DNA from: Tubiluchus corallicola | Lineage: Eukaryota; Animalia; Priapulida | NCBI GenBank assembly: GCA_030141605.1 | Contig: JAQGDQ010000586.1 | Coordinates: 71,131-135,130, forward strand | Direction: 5' to 3' | Length of the DNA stretch: 64,000 nt | Part shown: positions 12,601-25,769 of the stretch, piece by piece | Layout of the letters: each line of letters starts with the position of its first letter | How positions within the stretch are numbered: the stretch's first letter is position 1 | Translations under genes and position numbers: made by a program | Notes under the pieces: generated by a model | Database searches by the model: none | What the model was told of the DNA's origin: nothing | The model's input: the letters and a program-made list of their open reading frames with translations, nothing else

Positions 12601-12864
12601 AATAAGTTGAACAGTTATGCATAAAAGCGTGTAGGTTGCATGATTCAGTTCACCTCACCGATGCTTACATGTTTGCGGATCGATATTATTGATTATTAAG
12701 TGTTTCTTGCCTGGTTTAAATATAGAATAATTACTGTTAGTTCAAGAGGAAAGTTAGTGAATTGTTGGCCCAACGGTGTAAACAGTACCAGTAACGGTAG
12801 GCGGCATCACAGTGTGGCGTCTCTTGTGTAAGTTCAGATTAAGAAGTTCAGTAACCTGTTAGCA

Positions 12865-13390
12865 CACGTGTTCATTTCACCATCTATTGTTCCATGATCA
12901 TGTTGTTGTTTTTCAGTTGACCTTCAACAATGGGAAGATACAGCGGTAAGACATGTCGTCTGCTGTCCATGCTTTCTCTCCCCATCAGCTTCGAATCCAC
13001 ACGTGTTCATTCCATAATTTATTGTTCCATGATCATATTGTTGTTTTTCAGCTGACCTTCAACAATGGGAAGATACAGCAGGAAGACATGTCGTCTGCTG
13101 TCCATGCTTTCCCTCACCTTCACCTTCGACACCACACGTGTTCATTCCATAATTTATTGTTCCATGATCATATTGTTGTTTTTCAGCTGACCTTCAACAA
13201 TGGGAAGATACAGCGGGAAGACATGTCGTCTGCTGTCCATGCTTTCTCTCCCCATCAGCTTCGAATCCACACGTGTTCATTCCATCATTTATTGGTCTAT
13301 GATCATGTTGTTGTTGTTTTTCAGCTTACTTCAACAATGGGAAGATACAGCGGGAAGACGTGTCGTTTGCTATCCATGCTTTCTCTCACC
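12865..13390 (+). repeat. ~135-bp tandem repeat, 4 copies, of the ZnT acceptor plus start codon
   Basis: tttttcag...caacaATGGGAAGATACAGC with ATGs at 12930, 13065, 13200 and 13337. Confidence 0.95.
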
Positions 13391-13513
13391 ACCACATTCT
13401 TCCTGGTGGAGATTACGGTCGGGTACATCACCAATTCCATGGCCCTGGTGGCGGATTCGTTTCACATGTTGTCTGATGTGGTAGCTCTCCTAGTGGGCCT
13501 GACGTCTGTTAGG
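13337..13513 (+). CDS. SLC30A1: ZnT1-like CDF zinc exporter, coding exon 1
   Basis: MGRYSGKTCRLLSML...EITVGYITNSMALVADSFHMLSD (TM2 HxxxD). Acceptor AG at 13323-13324, donor GTAAAG at 13514, phase 0. Confidence 0.93.
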
Positions 13514-13604
13514 GTAAAGTATACATTTATTTCGTATCATTCATGTTTATTTCGTACACGTTAATTGTATTAATTAAACGGTTTGATAGGTTGACAGTTT
13601 AGTG

Positions 13605-14089
13605 CAGGGGTGTGCAAATTGCGGTTGGCGGGCCACTTGAGAATTTGTGCGGCCCGCGAAGAGATTTGTCAACCTAATGAAAGTGCGGCCCGGGCGATTA
13701 ATTGGGTGTATCCAGCTGAAGTCCATGCCACGATACCAAAGATAGTGCAGGTAGTTTTTTCTACTAGATCGGATGCCACTAACCCTTGCAAGACGGTTGT
13801 AGCTTAATGTCACTGTACTACACAGACTGTGCGATACACATTACTAATATGCATTGTAATGAAATTACAACTATCTGTCCTGAACGTAGAAATATATGGG
13901 TTGTAATGTAAATTTTAATAACTTCTAAAATAGTTTCTTGAGTAGTAGTAATGATGTACGCAGGTCGGATGCAAAAAATCGTTATTAGGCCCTACTATAC
14001 TTGGCTCCTTGGTTAAACTGCATGTGGCCCGCAGGAATTGCGGGAAAGTTTAATGTGGCCCGGCTAGTCAGATAATTTGCACACCCCTG
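13605..14089 (+). mobile_element. hAT (Charlie-like) MITE family E
   Basis: TIR CAGGGGTGTGCAAA/TTTGCACACCCCTG, 8-bp TSD gtttagtg/atttagtg, GCGGCCC subterminal motifs. Second copy at 34104-34603. Confidence 0.9.
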
Positions 14090-14396
14090 ATTTAGTGTGT
14101 TAATTAGTACTACTAATTTGTGTAAGCTGAGGTGCTATGGATGAAAATTTTCAAGGAGACAGAATTCTATTCTGGAGGAATGGGGATGCAACAACTTCGT
14201 TACCCGACTGTAGACTGTAGTTCAGATGGAGCCAGCAATTCACACTCTTGCTCACATCTTTGATCATGTTTCTGTTTAATTATATTTTCTATTTTCTTTT
14301 TTCGTTCCAATTATAGCACATTTGTTGTTTTCAGAATTTCCGAAAAAGAAATTTTTTGGCATAGTAGCCGTAAGACCGTTTCTTGGCATCTTTCAG

Positions 14397-14856
<460 letters not shown>

Positions 14857-15999
14857 AATCTCTAGTAGTTGTTAGAATATAACTTTTGAGACAAATAGTT
14901 CTTCGACTGTAATTGTGACAAATTGCACATACAATAGATTGTCATCAACACCTAGGTGACTCCACTGGCAAGTTTTCTCACTATAATATTAGTTTAGGAC
15001 TTTGTAAAAGTTTCGCACCGTCAATTTGTGAAGATGTGTTAAATAATAATAATAAATAGCGTTTATCTCATCTTTATTCTAAACTTTTATTTGTGTTTTT
15101 GTATAGTAGAAATGTCAAATTTCAAGGTGAATCAGTGTTGGATGTAAAATGGGTCATTTTAGGATTACTTCGAAATTTGTTTTTATCTTAGAGTTAGCCT
15201 TAATATTTTGATTAGCGAACAGCTTACAGCATTGTTTCTCTTCTAGCGTTCCATAGATACCCAGTATAATGTGCGTGTAGGTCAAGTTATCTAGGTCCTA
15301 GGTACAGCCTGTTTGACTGACATTAAACTTCAAAAAAAAATTAGACGCTCATAATTGAAAATGCGCCATAGTTATTCATGCAGTTTAACTAATCCTTTTT
15401 ATGAAGTGCTTAGTTGTTATGTAAATAATACGGAAATTGGGACGCAAATTTCATGTACATTATCGACGCAGTTTAATGTAATCAGATTTAGTGTGTAAAA
15501 GATTGACATTTTAATAAATTTTAATAAACTAGCTCAGGGACAGAATCTTTGTTAATTAATTGTTTTGTTCATCGTGCCAGTTTATATTTTACTACCAGTA
15601 GATTCGTAAAGAGAGGATACGTTTTATTACCCCGCTGATCGTAATAGTCATGCCAGTTGCCTGTAAAACTGTGTCAGTAATGCGTAATCTGAAGTTGGCA
15701 CACGAACGCTGAAGTGCAAAACTTCCACGCTACGGTGCGCCTGATTAAATAACTTTCATTTGTATGCAAAGAGCGTAGTAGTTTTGTCAGCGCGACCGCG
15801 TGTTATGGCCGTGGCGTAGTGTGGCTGTGGGTTAGTAGTAAGTACTTGCTGGCATAGGTTGTAAGTCGTAGTCAGGGCACGCTGTTTCTGTGTTGCAGTG
15901 TTCCATACCCTCGGGACATTGACAGTGTGGTCTGGTGGTTGATCATATCAACTTGCGATACTCGACTCTCTCCACCTATCAGAGGCGAGCACCTTCGAA

Positions 16000-16610
16000 A
16001 GTCTATTCTTCTATAACGCTGATCTTTTAGTTGTCTTTTCCCAGTTTAATGTCTTTATCCTGTATTCCATGCATTCGTTCACTAGATTTCTAATTTCTAG
16101 CAATCCTTTTCACAGTTCATTATAATATTATTATTAATAATAATAATATCTGAGTTCAAAATTTTTTCCATTCTCCACATCTGTAACATCTAAGCATATG
16201 TTCAGTAGTGTCATCATCTTCACCACACACTGGGCATAATAACCGATCCTTAGACTCATTCTTGTAGTTTCCTTTAACTTTAATCATATTCAGTCTTATT
16301 TTCAATATATCCTTAACCTCTTCTGGCTTGCATGTGTCTACGTAATTTTGTCGTTTCCACTCGGTATGCCTTAAAAATCTTAATTTAGTGCTGCTCCTGC
16401 ATTTTTCTGCACATTCATTCTTTATACAACATTCAATGTTATTCTTTGTTTTTTTCTTCCATTCAGACTTTTTCATGACCTTCACCTTTTCTTTATTAGC
16501 ATCTATGGTATATTTTTTTGCAGCCTCGACTACTTCGTTCATTGAATACATAGCTACAACCATTCACGGGTTCACCATTTGTTTAAGCTTAGTCACTCTG
16601 TCTTGAAAAA
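16000..16610 (-). mobile_element. 3' fragment of a non-LTR retrotransposon
   Basis: The ORF ends with a CCHC knuckle, CPVCGEDDDTTEHMLRC, preceded by KLRFL and LKIRLNM. Confidence 0.7.
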
Positions 16611-16759
16611 GAAATTGTCTAAGTAAGACGTATATTAAAAATTATAAAAAGTCTTATCATAATTTTGCGCCTAATGTTTCGTTGCAATATGGGAAATTTT
16701 TGTTCTGAAGTGCAGAAATGAGTTAATGCTAATGCCAAGTATGTCTATTTCCATTTCAG

Positions 16760-16982
16760 ATAGCAAGGAAGAAGACTTCCAAGAACACATTTGGTTGGGT
16801 GCGGGCGGAGGTGCTCGGTGCTCTAGTGAACGCTGTGTTTCTAGTCGCTCTTTGTTTCTCCATCTTCGTCGAGTCCTTGGAGAGGCTCATTGACGTGGAG
16901 AAGATTGAAAATGTCGAGTTGCTGCTGATTGTCGGAGGTGCCGGTCTTCTAGTTAATATCCTCGGATTATTCCTCTTTCACA
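16760..16982 (+). CDS. SLC30A1: ZnT1-like zinc exporter, coding exon 2
   Basis: tttcag|ATA; IARKKTSKNTFGWVRAEVLGALVNAVFL...; donor GTAAGT at 16983, phase 1. Confidence 0.95.
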
Positions 16983-17017
16983 GTAAGTGGTAACAGCTTG
17001 AAAATGGGCAGTTCTTA

Positions 17018-17382
17018 ATAGGGGTGAGCATGATCCATCAGAAAGCAAATGCGAATCGAACGGAATTTCTGTGTTTCCGAATCGAATTCAAATTGAGTTT
17101 GAAACATTTTCGAACAAGTTTTCTAACCACTGGTAAAAAGTGGTCTTACGAGGATCATGCATATTTACTTGATTTTGTTCTGCAGTAAAACCACTGTTAG
17201 TTTGTTAAAAAAACTTGCACAGAAACAGCAGCTAAATTGTGCTAATTGCTTGCTGTTTCAAATATTTTAATGTTAAAGAAGTAATGTGGCTGAAGTGCTG
17301 CATATTCGAATCTTTAATTTTAGTTTCGAATCGAATTCGAACTAAAAAACTCATTTGAATCGAGTTCGAACGTTCGATGCCC
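17018..17382 (-). mobile_element. hAT-like MITE family D copy
   Basis: TAGGGGTGAGCAT terminus, TTCGAA arrays, flanks gttcttaa/gtccttaa. Confidence 0.75.
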
Positions 17383-17526
17383 GTCCTTAATAGAACAGAA
17401 TGGGAGTTTTGAAACATATCATGAAGACCAAAGTTATATTATTTTGCATCATGCTTACCTGCTTGAAAGACTTGCTTGTAACTAGAAAAGACAATTCTTA
17501 ATAACTTAAAATGTTCATAAAATGAA

Positions 17527-17722
17527 CACTGGCTCACCTTCCCAGTGTGCACCACTGACTCACCCTTCCCAGTGTGCACCACTGACTCACCTTCCCAGTG
17601 TGCACCATTGACTCACCTACCCAATGTGCACCATTGACTCATATTCCCAGTGTGCACCACTGACTCACCTTCCCAATGTGCACCACTGACTCACCTTCCC
17701 ACTGTGCGCCACTGACTCACCA
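17527..17722. repeat. 26-bp minisatellite, ~7.5 copies (cactgactcaccttcccagtgtgcac)
   Basis: Seen directly; single related units at about 9490 and 54936. Confidence 0.92.
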
Positions 17723-18191
17723 AAAAAACCAGTTCTTTAGTTCATTATTTGTTTATTCTATGGGTATTCCAAAGAATGCATGTGTTTTATATAGTTTCAG
17801 TATGTTCTTATTTATACATATTCATTTGTGCTTTTCGTACACATAATTGTGCAAGTGCACATGGTATCGTAATGCTACACTTTTTAGTGTGTCATGTCAT
17901 TATTTGCACTTGCGCAACTACCTAGAATCGTAATTTGTCAAAATAGCTTGTCTAAATACTTGAGCTTCAGTTGGTTTAATTGTTATATCAATACTAACAT
18001 GCATAAGTGTTGTTTTCTTGAGTAATTATTTATAATTTGTATGAGTACTTGATGATATAATACGACTACCTATTTTTCGTAAGTGTGCAAGAGCAATTTT
18101 TGGGCATATCCAGTATTTAGATTAGTGAATGTGCCCACCCAGCAAACCTTAATGGGTCAGTATAAGATTCAACGTGTGTCTCGTTTTCTTT

Positions 18192-18833
18192 ATTAAAGGG
18201 AGATAGGATGATTTTCCATATAGTACCCGATTTTCAAGTCCGATAAAAAGTGTACATTTTGACACAATTAATACTGCAAAATCGCTTCAGATAGTTAAAT
18301 AACAGATTAAAAACTTAATTAACGCCAGGCGAGCACAACTGTTGATGACATCACAAACTAACATAATTTTCAGGAGCAATTATTCTATGAGCGTGATAAT
18401 GCCCGCTTATATTCACAGATAATATTCCACGAGCGTGTTGCACGTGTTTGAGAACACGAAAAAATTAAAGTACAGTGCTACTGTAAGATATTCAATGTGT
18501 TGTATTAAAAGTAGGCATGTTTTAAGATAAAAATTAGAATTTCAGATTTACCACCGTGCTCACGCATGAGTGTCGAACGTCACAAATTAACACATTTGAA
18601 CTGAGAGGTACAGTGCTTGTTTTTGTGCAGTTCCTTTCCGAAATGCAGGCGCTAGTGCCCGTCTAACTAGCGAGTACTGAAATGCATGTAACAACGAACG
18701 TGAAATTGTGTTTGTGCGTTAATAATTCTTTCACGAAAGTCTTTTTTGAAAACAATAGTACGTTTCCTTTCATTATTTTAAAGAGCAGATTGTTTTGACG
18801 TACGCTTTATGATTGGGTCTGGCTTTACTTTAA
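18192..18833 (+). mobile_element. MITE family A, copy 3
   Basis: TTAAAGGGAGATAGGATG...ctttaa; homologous to 956-1525. Confidence 0.78.
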
Positions 18834-18999
18834 GGTACTGGAGATTTTTTCACCAATTGATATTTTTCTCCCATTTCATTTGCAAACTTTGTAAATAGTA
18901 ACTTCAAACTAGTAATAATTTATTCTATCTGCATTTGTTTCACATTTGTGACTATAGGTGGCAGCACAGGTTTCTCTTTGATTGATGTTTTCGTTGCAG

Positions 19000-19245
19000 G
19001 CCATGGACATGGTCACCATCATGGTCATTCTCACAACACGGGTATTTCGCAGACAGCAGCGCGCTCTGTTGGCGGAGTTCGGTACCTGCAGTCGATGACG
19101 GATGAGCCAGAGAGCGAGGAGGACACTCCGCTGGAGGGCATTCCTAATGGTCTAGCTCCAAAAGCCGTGGAGGAGAAAGGATTAAGTACCCCAAGTCTTT
19201 CAGAGATACCCGCAAAAGAGTGTAAACAAAAGCAGAAACAGCTAG
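19000..19245 (+). CDS. SLC30A1: ZnT1-like zinc exporter, coding exon 3 (His-rich loop)
   Basis: ttgcag|GC; HGHGHHHGHSH; donor GTATGT at 19246; phases 1/1. Confidence 0.92.
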
Positions 19246-19821
19246 GTATGTTAAAAAACAAAAACTTTAATCTTTTTTGTCTTTAAAACAGCTTAGATTT
19301 AAATATAATGAAATATAATTTGAAGTATTGTTGGGCGATTTTAAAATTTTCTAATTCGATTATAATCTTGGTTCTTTTGCCATGACTTTTTATAGTTTTT
19401 GCCATATTTTTCAATGATTGCCGTGAAATATAACCTATGATTTCTTCCCGGGCTTCTAAAGTCGTTATCCTATAGATTTCCACACGTTTTTTCTGTGTGT
19501 AATATGTAATATATGTATGTATATGTAATATGTATATATATGTAAGTTCAATTACGGAAACAGGTAACGAGCATAGTAATGAATGTGACGCATTCTTGTG
19601 TGTTATGCAAAATTTGCAATTGTGCAACTACCTAGAATAGCAATTAATCAAAATGACTTATCTAAATACTAGGACATCAGTTGGTTTCATCGTTACATCA
19701 ATATTGTCATGCAAAAATGTTGTTTGCTTGAGTAATTAGTTATAATTTGTATAATCAGTTGATGATGTACATGATAGTATAGCACACAGAACTAATTAGT
19801 TAAATTAACTAAATTATTTAA

Positions 19822-20582
19822 AGGAAGACCGGATGATTGTTTAGACTCAATCTCATTTTAACTTACTGTCCAAAATATGTACAATTTCTTGCGTATAAAA
19901 GTTAGCAATTGTTCCTTATGTTTGAATAGTTAGCTTAGAAAGTTAACTAACGGTAACCGAACACAGCTAGTTGCTTACGTCAGAAACTAATCACAGTTTG
20001 TGCAATGGCAGGCGTCTTCCCTTCTCGGTCAAACACATTTGCATAAGTGTTGCAGTACTGTTTAAACGCATGACGTCACAAAAAATGTGCTTTACATCAT
20101 ATGACATCATGAAACTAACACTGCAGTTCATGATCATGCTTATCACGGTACCGCCTTCTATTTGTCCGCCACGCGAATGTGTCAAAAAGGCGCCACTGCC
20201 AATCTTAGTAGATTCACTGAGACGTGCGTAGCTTTGAAAGTTTAACAAAATTTAGTAACCGAGGTGATTATTATTTAATCTAAGCTTTGATTTAAAAAAG
20301 CTATTGTAGTTTTCAATATCTTTATAAACGCTCCCACACTCTTATACATGACCCTTTCCCGTAATAACTTTTCCCATACTGTACACGTACCTTTTAAAAA
20401 ATGTTACATAAATGTTCATAAAAATGTTTTAAACTCTTAAACCTAGATACGTAGTTTTGACGGAGTATCGCAAAAACCCGCGAAACACCGAGTCCGCGAT
20501 AAAAGAACCGCGAGGTAGCGAGGGAACGCTGTGGAGCATTCTTTATTCTGAACTAACGTTTACACAATCGTCCATTTTTCCT
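19822..20582 (+). mobile_element. MITE family B (T2/Kolobok-like), with a nested ~200-bp fragment
   Basis: TTAA-AGGAAGACCGGATGATTGT...ACAATCGTCCATTTTTCCT-TTAA imperfect TIRs. Second copy at 48127-48660 lacks about 20320-20535. Confidence 0.82.
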
Positions 20583-20752
20583 TTAATTAGTTTAATTCAT
20601 TGATTAACGTCTAATAACGTACGTGTTCGGCTCGTGTTCCCTGAAAAGCTGACCCCATATAAATGACCAACGAATACGTTGTTTTTTGTGTATTTCTCTT
20701 AATTTGTTTCCTTGCTTGAAATCATTATTAGTTGTTTTAATGTTTTTTTCAG

Positions 20753-20894
20753 CCTCCAGCGAACAGCTGAACATGAAGGGCGTGTTCCTACATGTCCTGG
20801 GTGACGCATTGGGATCTGTTATTGTTATCGTATCAGCCCTGGTTGTAATGTTCATCGAAGGTGACTGGAAAGATTACGTTGATCCAGCCATGAG
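20753..20894 (+). CDS. SLC30A1: ZnT1-like zinc exporter, coding exon 4
   Basis: QLNMKGVFLHVLGDALGSV (TM5 HxxxD)...YVDPAM; AG/GT boundaries, phases 1/2. Confidence 0.95.
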
Positions 20895-21029
20895 GTATTC
20901 TTATATATATATAATATGTATTATATAATAATATAATATATATATATATATTAATTCTTTATTTGTCATTAAAATGGTTCACTCATTATAATAAAATTGA
21001 GTAAGCCTCAGCGTAATGTTAAAATAACA

Positions 21030-22060
21030 ACACTATTCAAGACAAATGCGTCCAGTGCAGACTAAAAAAAAACTACAGTGCAAAACTAAGGCCTAATTAT
21101 ATACAATAAATGAACATATTTACAAGCACCATATTAAAATATTTTTACAAAACAATATTACAAAAGTACATTAAATTTTACGTGACATATTTTACACTAT
21201 ATATACATTTGACATGACACAATTAACAGAAACATGCTTTACATCACATAAATTTCACTAATTACAGTACATAATTTTCTAAAAAAAAATTCATTTTTAA
21301 TTGTTTTATGTAGTCAGGGGCGGGGGTAGATGAAAGTGGAGTCTGTGTAATTAGTATCAGATGCACAATGTGGAAGTTGAAACCTGTTATACTGATATTC
21401 TTTTAATTTCTTTTTAAAGTGGTGGAGAGATTCTATTAGTTTTATTTCACTGGGTAGTAAGTTCCAAAAATGTATGGCCTGTTTTGATATAGAGTTATTT
21501 CCAAATTTATTGTTTACTGTAATTTGCTTTAAATTGTGTGTTCTAGTGTTTAAAGTGGTATCAGGAATGAATGCTAAGAGATTGTTTATAAATGGAATGC
21601 TCAGTTTGTTGATATATTTATAAAGAAATATCAGTGTTTTGTAATCTCGATAGGCTTCTAATATTGGTATTTTTGTGGACGTTCTTAAGCTTGTCGCAGA
21701 TGCAGCATGTTGTTTAGCAGTTTTGTTAGAGTAGCCATGAATTAATCAAAGTGCGTAATTTTGCATTGTATTTAGTTTTCTAAAGTTTTCACTTTTAACG
21801 TTTCGAAGTAAAGTGCAGCCATACAGATAATGTGGTAATATTAGACTTTTGTAGATGAGAATTTTTGTTTTCTTGGTTAGATGGCCTCTGGTTTGGCATA
21901 AGAATATCGTGCTTAATGCCATCTTGTTGTGTATTTGTTCAAACTGTTCATCCCAAGTGAGTTTGTTTTCGACAGTAATGCCCAAAAATTTTACATTTTT
22001 TGCTTGTTCTTGGATTCTTTGGCAATTATCCAAACTAGCTGCATTGAGACTGGCTTCCCT
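21030..22060 (-). mobile_element. 5'-truncated CR1/L2-group LINE (RT C-terminus plus 3' UTR)
   Basis: KNVKFLGITVENKLTW...LIYKSLILPHYLYG; degenerate downstream. Confidence 0.85.
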
Positions 22061-23049
22061 TTAACTTTTTCATTACGTAAATATAGACTCCACACCTGTG
22101 AGTTGTGCGGTAAATGTAAGGAGCTGTGCGATTGTCCGTCTACTTGTCCATTTTCCTTATACAGTAACTCCTCGCTTAACAGTTGTCATTGTGAACGACC
22201 GAAAATCATAAAAATACATTTAATTTGCAATTAGATTAATAACCTGTAAAACCGCTATTACTGTAGTAGATCTTCTGTCTATCTGTTACCTATTCTAAAA
22301 ATAGGTTTAACCTAATAGTGAACGGTTGCTGTAGTTTTGCTATATTCTGTACTACCAGTTGGCTTTTACAAGACATTATATGGACATCATTTTACCTGTA
22401 TTTCTGTAGAAACTTCTATATCAATAGTATATTCTGCTGTTATACCTTATGTCAAGACGACAGCACTGCAAAAATGGCTAGCTTGATTTAAATCATCGAC
22501 CCCATAGTCTAACAGGCTTCTCAGGTACCCCTTGTGGTGTTTCCTGGCACCCCCAAGGGGTACTAGTACCCCAGGTTGGTAACCGAGGGACAACACTGCA
22601 AAAATGGCTAGCTTGATTTAAATCATCGATCCCATAGTCTAACAGGCTTCTTAGCTACCCCTTGCGGTGTTTGCTGGTACCCCCAAGGGGAACTAGTACT
22701 CCAGGTTGGGAACCGAGGTATTACAGCTTTAAAACTGATAAGAAAAAAGTAGTACAGCTTTAAAACTGATAACAACCAATTCAGTTTAACTTACTTTTAA
22801 ATTACAATTTAACTTACAATTTTAAATTATAAATTTTACAATTTATATATACTGTATATATTGTATATAGTCTATTATAATTTGCGTGTAATGTTATAAT
22901 GTATATTTTGTTTTAAATTTGCACTGGACACAATTGCCTTTAGCAGTTGTGTGAATTTTATTCTCATGCTGCGATGTTCTTTTATGCTTTTATAGTTATG
23001 ATTATCGATTTTTATGGCAAATAAAGATTATTATTATATATATATATAT

Positions 23050-23712
23050 ATAACACGGAATATGCATGCTGCACGACCTCCTCTGTAATCCGTGAGACGG
23101 ACAACAGACTACTGTTTATGACTTGATGTGCCATCATGCCATAAAAAGGCACCTGTGTTTTAGCAATGCAACAATGCCATCTGATAGAAATATAGGGAAG
23201 TAATCATAGGTTTAACTTAATCTATAGTCAGTAATCATTGAAGCAGACAAAGAATATTTTACTCTGCTTTTCGTATTTCAACACATGAGCAACATCAGCA
23301 AACCATTGCGGAATAACAGATTTACCTTTTTTCCAAATCCTATCGTTAATTCCAGAACAAGTAACCTAAAAAAATGGGCCAAATACCCACTATGGAACGA
23401 ACTCTGTAATCAAACAAGCAATTTTACTTTGGAATTCTCTACCATTACAGGTTAAACAAATCCAGTCCCTTTCAGCATTTAAAACAAAATTAAAATCACT
23501 AATATTAACCAGATATGAAAAACCATCACACCAGTATGCCAACATACACACTAATTCAGAATTCATATATCCATATTAATAAAATCATAATTTCTTCATT
23601 TTCTGTGCATAGTTGTAAATATGTTTGATTTTATTCGTCGTTACTTTCCATTACTGCACAGTAGTTTAGATTGCACTGACGCATTTGCCTTTAGCAGTGC
23701 TTGAGCTGTGTG
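23050..23712 (+). mobile_element. Degenerate LINE 3' fragment of a related family
   Basis: Low-complexity RT-tail-like coding remnant; the tail gcactg..gcatttgcctttagcag resembles about 22920 and about 21050 (inverted). Confidence 0.5.
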
Positions 23713-23714
23713 CG

Positions 23715-24116
23715 CACTGTGCTGGGCTGTGAAGCAAACAGTACTACCCTGACGCCCTCTGGTTCCATACAAGTATAAAGAAACACACCACTGTGCTGGG
23801 CTGTGAAGCAAACAGTACTACCCTGACGCCCTCTGGTTCCATACAAGTATAAAGAAACACACCACTGTGCTGGGCTGTGAAACAAACAGTACCACCCTGA
23901 CGCCCTCTGGTTCCATACAAGTATAAAGAAACACACCACTGTGCTGGGCTGTGAAGCAAACAGTACTACCCTGACGCCCTCTGGTTCCATACAAGTATAA
24001 AGAAACACACCACTGTGCTGGGCTGTGAAGCAAACAGTACTACCCTGACGCCCTCTGGTTCCATACAAGTATAAAGAAACACACCACTGTGCTGGCCTGT
24101 GAAGCAAACAGTACTG
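23715..24116. repeat. Tandem repeat, 74-bp unit, ~5.4 copies
   Basis: cactgtgctgggctgtgaagcaaacagtac... recurs every 74 bp. Confidence 0.95.
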
Positions 24117-24431
24117 CCTTCATGCTTTCCGGTTCCGCACAAGTATAAAAAAGAACTAAAGAAAAAATACTTATTATATTGAATATTATCGATAATACTG
24201 AGTGCAAATAGGGGGTGATACGGTTCCACGGTACTTATAAACGAGCTAATACTGTGCAAATGAAACGTTTGATTTATACGGTTATCTGGGAGCAGATAGA
24301 TAGTTCACAAGCCTGTATTTACACAAAACTGATTTGTTTGCTGTCAGTCTGTAACTTGCTTTATATTTTTAACTTGTCTCTACTTTTGTGATATGTTGGT
24401 CTAGGTGTGTAGGAATGTAGAAATTTATATA

Positions 24432-24432
<1 letters not shown>

Positions 24433-24496
<64 letters not shown>

Positions 24497-24502
24497 TGTG
24501 TG
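24433..24502. repeat. (TG)n microsatellite
   Basis: Seen directly. Confidence 0.97.
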
Positions 24503-25502
24503 TTTGTCTAGCCAGAATAGAAAATTCCAAATGCGGGACACTCTTAAAATCTCTGTCTCTCTCTCTCTTTACATATATATATATAGGGTCAGCGCATTTG
24601 TGACAAATTTATCAAATATGGAACGTCTGGCAACCCTGATAGCATGCATCCATTACATTTACGTTATATGCTTAAAAAACTTCAGCAGCTATTGTAATAT
24701 CACACACACGCACCCACACACACGCACGCGCGCACACACACACACACACTCATAATAAGCTTTATTTGCCATTAAAATACATCGATGATTTCTGATAAAA
24801 ACTTTACACACACACACATATATATATATTATATATATATAGAGGATAGGATTTGGAAAAAAGGTAATTCTGCTATTCTGGAATGGTTTGCTGATGTTGT
24901 TCATGTATTTAAATATAAAAAGCAGGGTAACATATTCTTTGTGTGCTTCATATATCATCATCGGGGGTTTGTCCGGGTTTTGCCTCAATCCGTAAGTATG
25001 TACGGACATTGCCAACTGCAGAGGCGTACGACAGTATGAGACAAAGAAAAGCTCGTTAATTTTCAATACAAGATGTTGGTAACATCTCAAAATGCAACCC
25101 TTGTAAAAGCTTTGTGTACATATTTACTGAACAAAAGTAAGCGATACGCACATCACTATGGGTCACACGACTCACACCGCTGTCGATACTATTCGCCAAC
25201 GACTTAAAATGACGTCAGCTTCTGGGAGCCATTTTGTTTGTTTTTACGTGAATTTCTTTAAATTTGTATAGTTTTGCTGTTTTGCAATTGAGCCAAGAAG
25301 AATCAGGCGACTGACAGTTGCAGTGTGTTAATGTTTTTTACATTGTAGCCATTATTGTTATTAGAATACATGTAGGCCTATTTGTATAATTAGCATTTTA
25401 TTTTGCATTGTTTTAATAGACCCTAGACTGGTCATTTTGGCCTACTTACAAGTGTGCGAAAAAGTGTCCTCTTTTTCAACTCAGACAATATGGTAACCCT
25501 AC

Positions 25503-25543
25503 GAGAGAGAGAGACAGAGAGAAAGAGAGAGAGAGAGGGAGAG

Positions 25544-25623
<80 letters not shown>
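25503..25623. repeat. (GA)n microsatellite
   Basis: Seen directly. Confidence 0.97.
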
Positions 25624-25627
<4 letters not shown>

Positions 25628-25725
25628 AAGACTGTCCAGTATTTCTAATTTTCTATTCTGCCTACCCTACATGTTATTAATGTTTATAGTTTGTCAATAA
25701 AATGATTATATCTTTTTCTTTGCAG

Positions 25726-25769
25726 TATATTAATGGTTGGGATTATTTTATCAACCACTTTGCCTTTAC
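25726..25769 (+). CDS. SLC30A1: ZnT1-like zinc exporter, coding exon 5 (44 nt, TM6)
   Basis: tttgcag|T ATA...; SILMVGIILSTTLPL; donor GTAAGT at 25770; phases 2/1 match both neighbours. Confidence 0.9.

Noticed and set aside
12953-13564. 203-aa ORF as an N-terminally extended ZnT
   Set aside because: The extension is the tandem repeat read in another frame. The conserved MGRY start at 13337 follows a proper acceptor.
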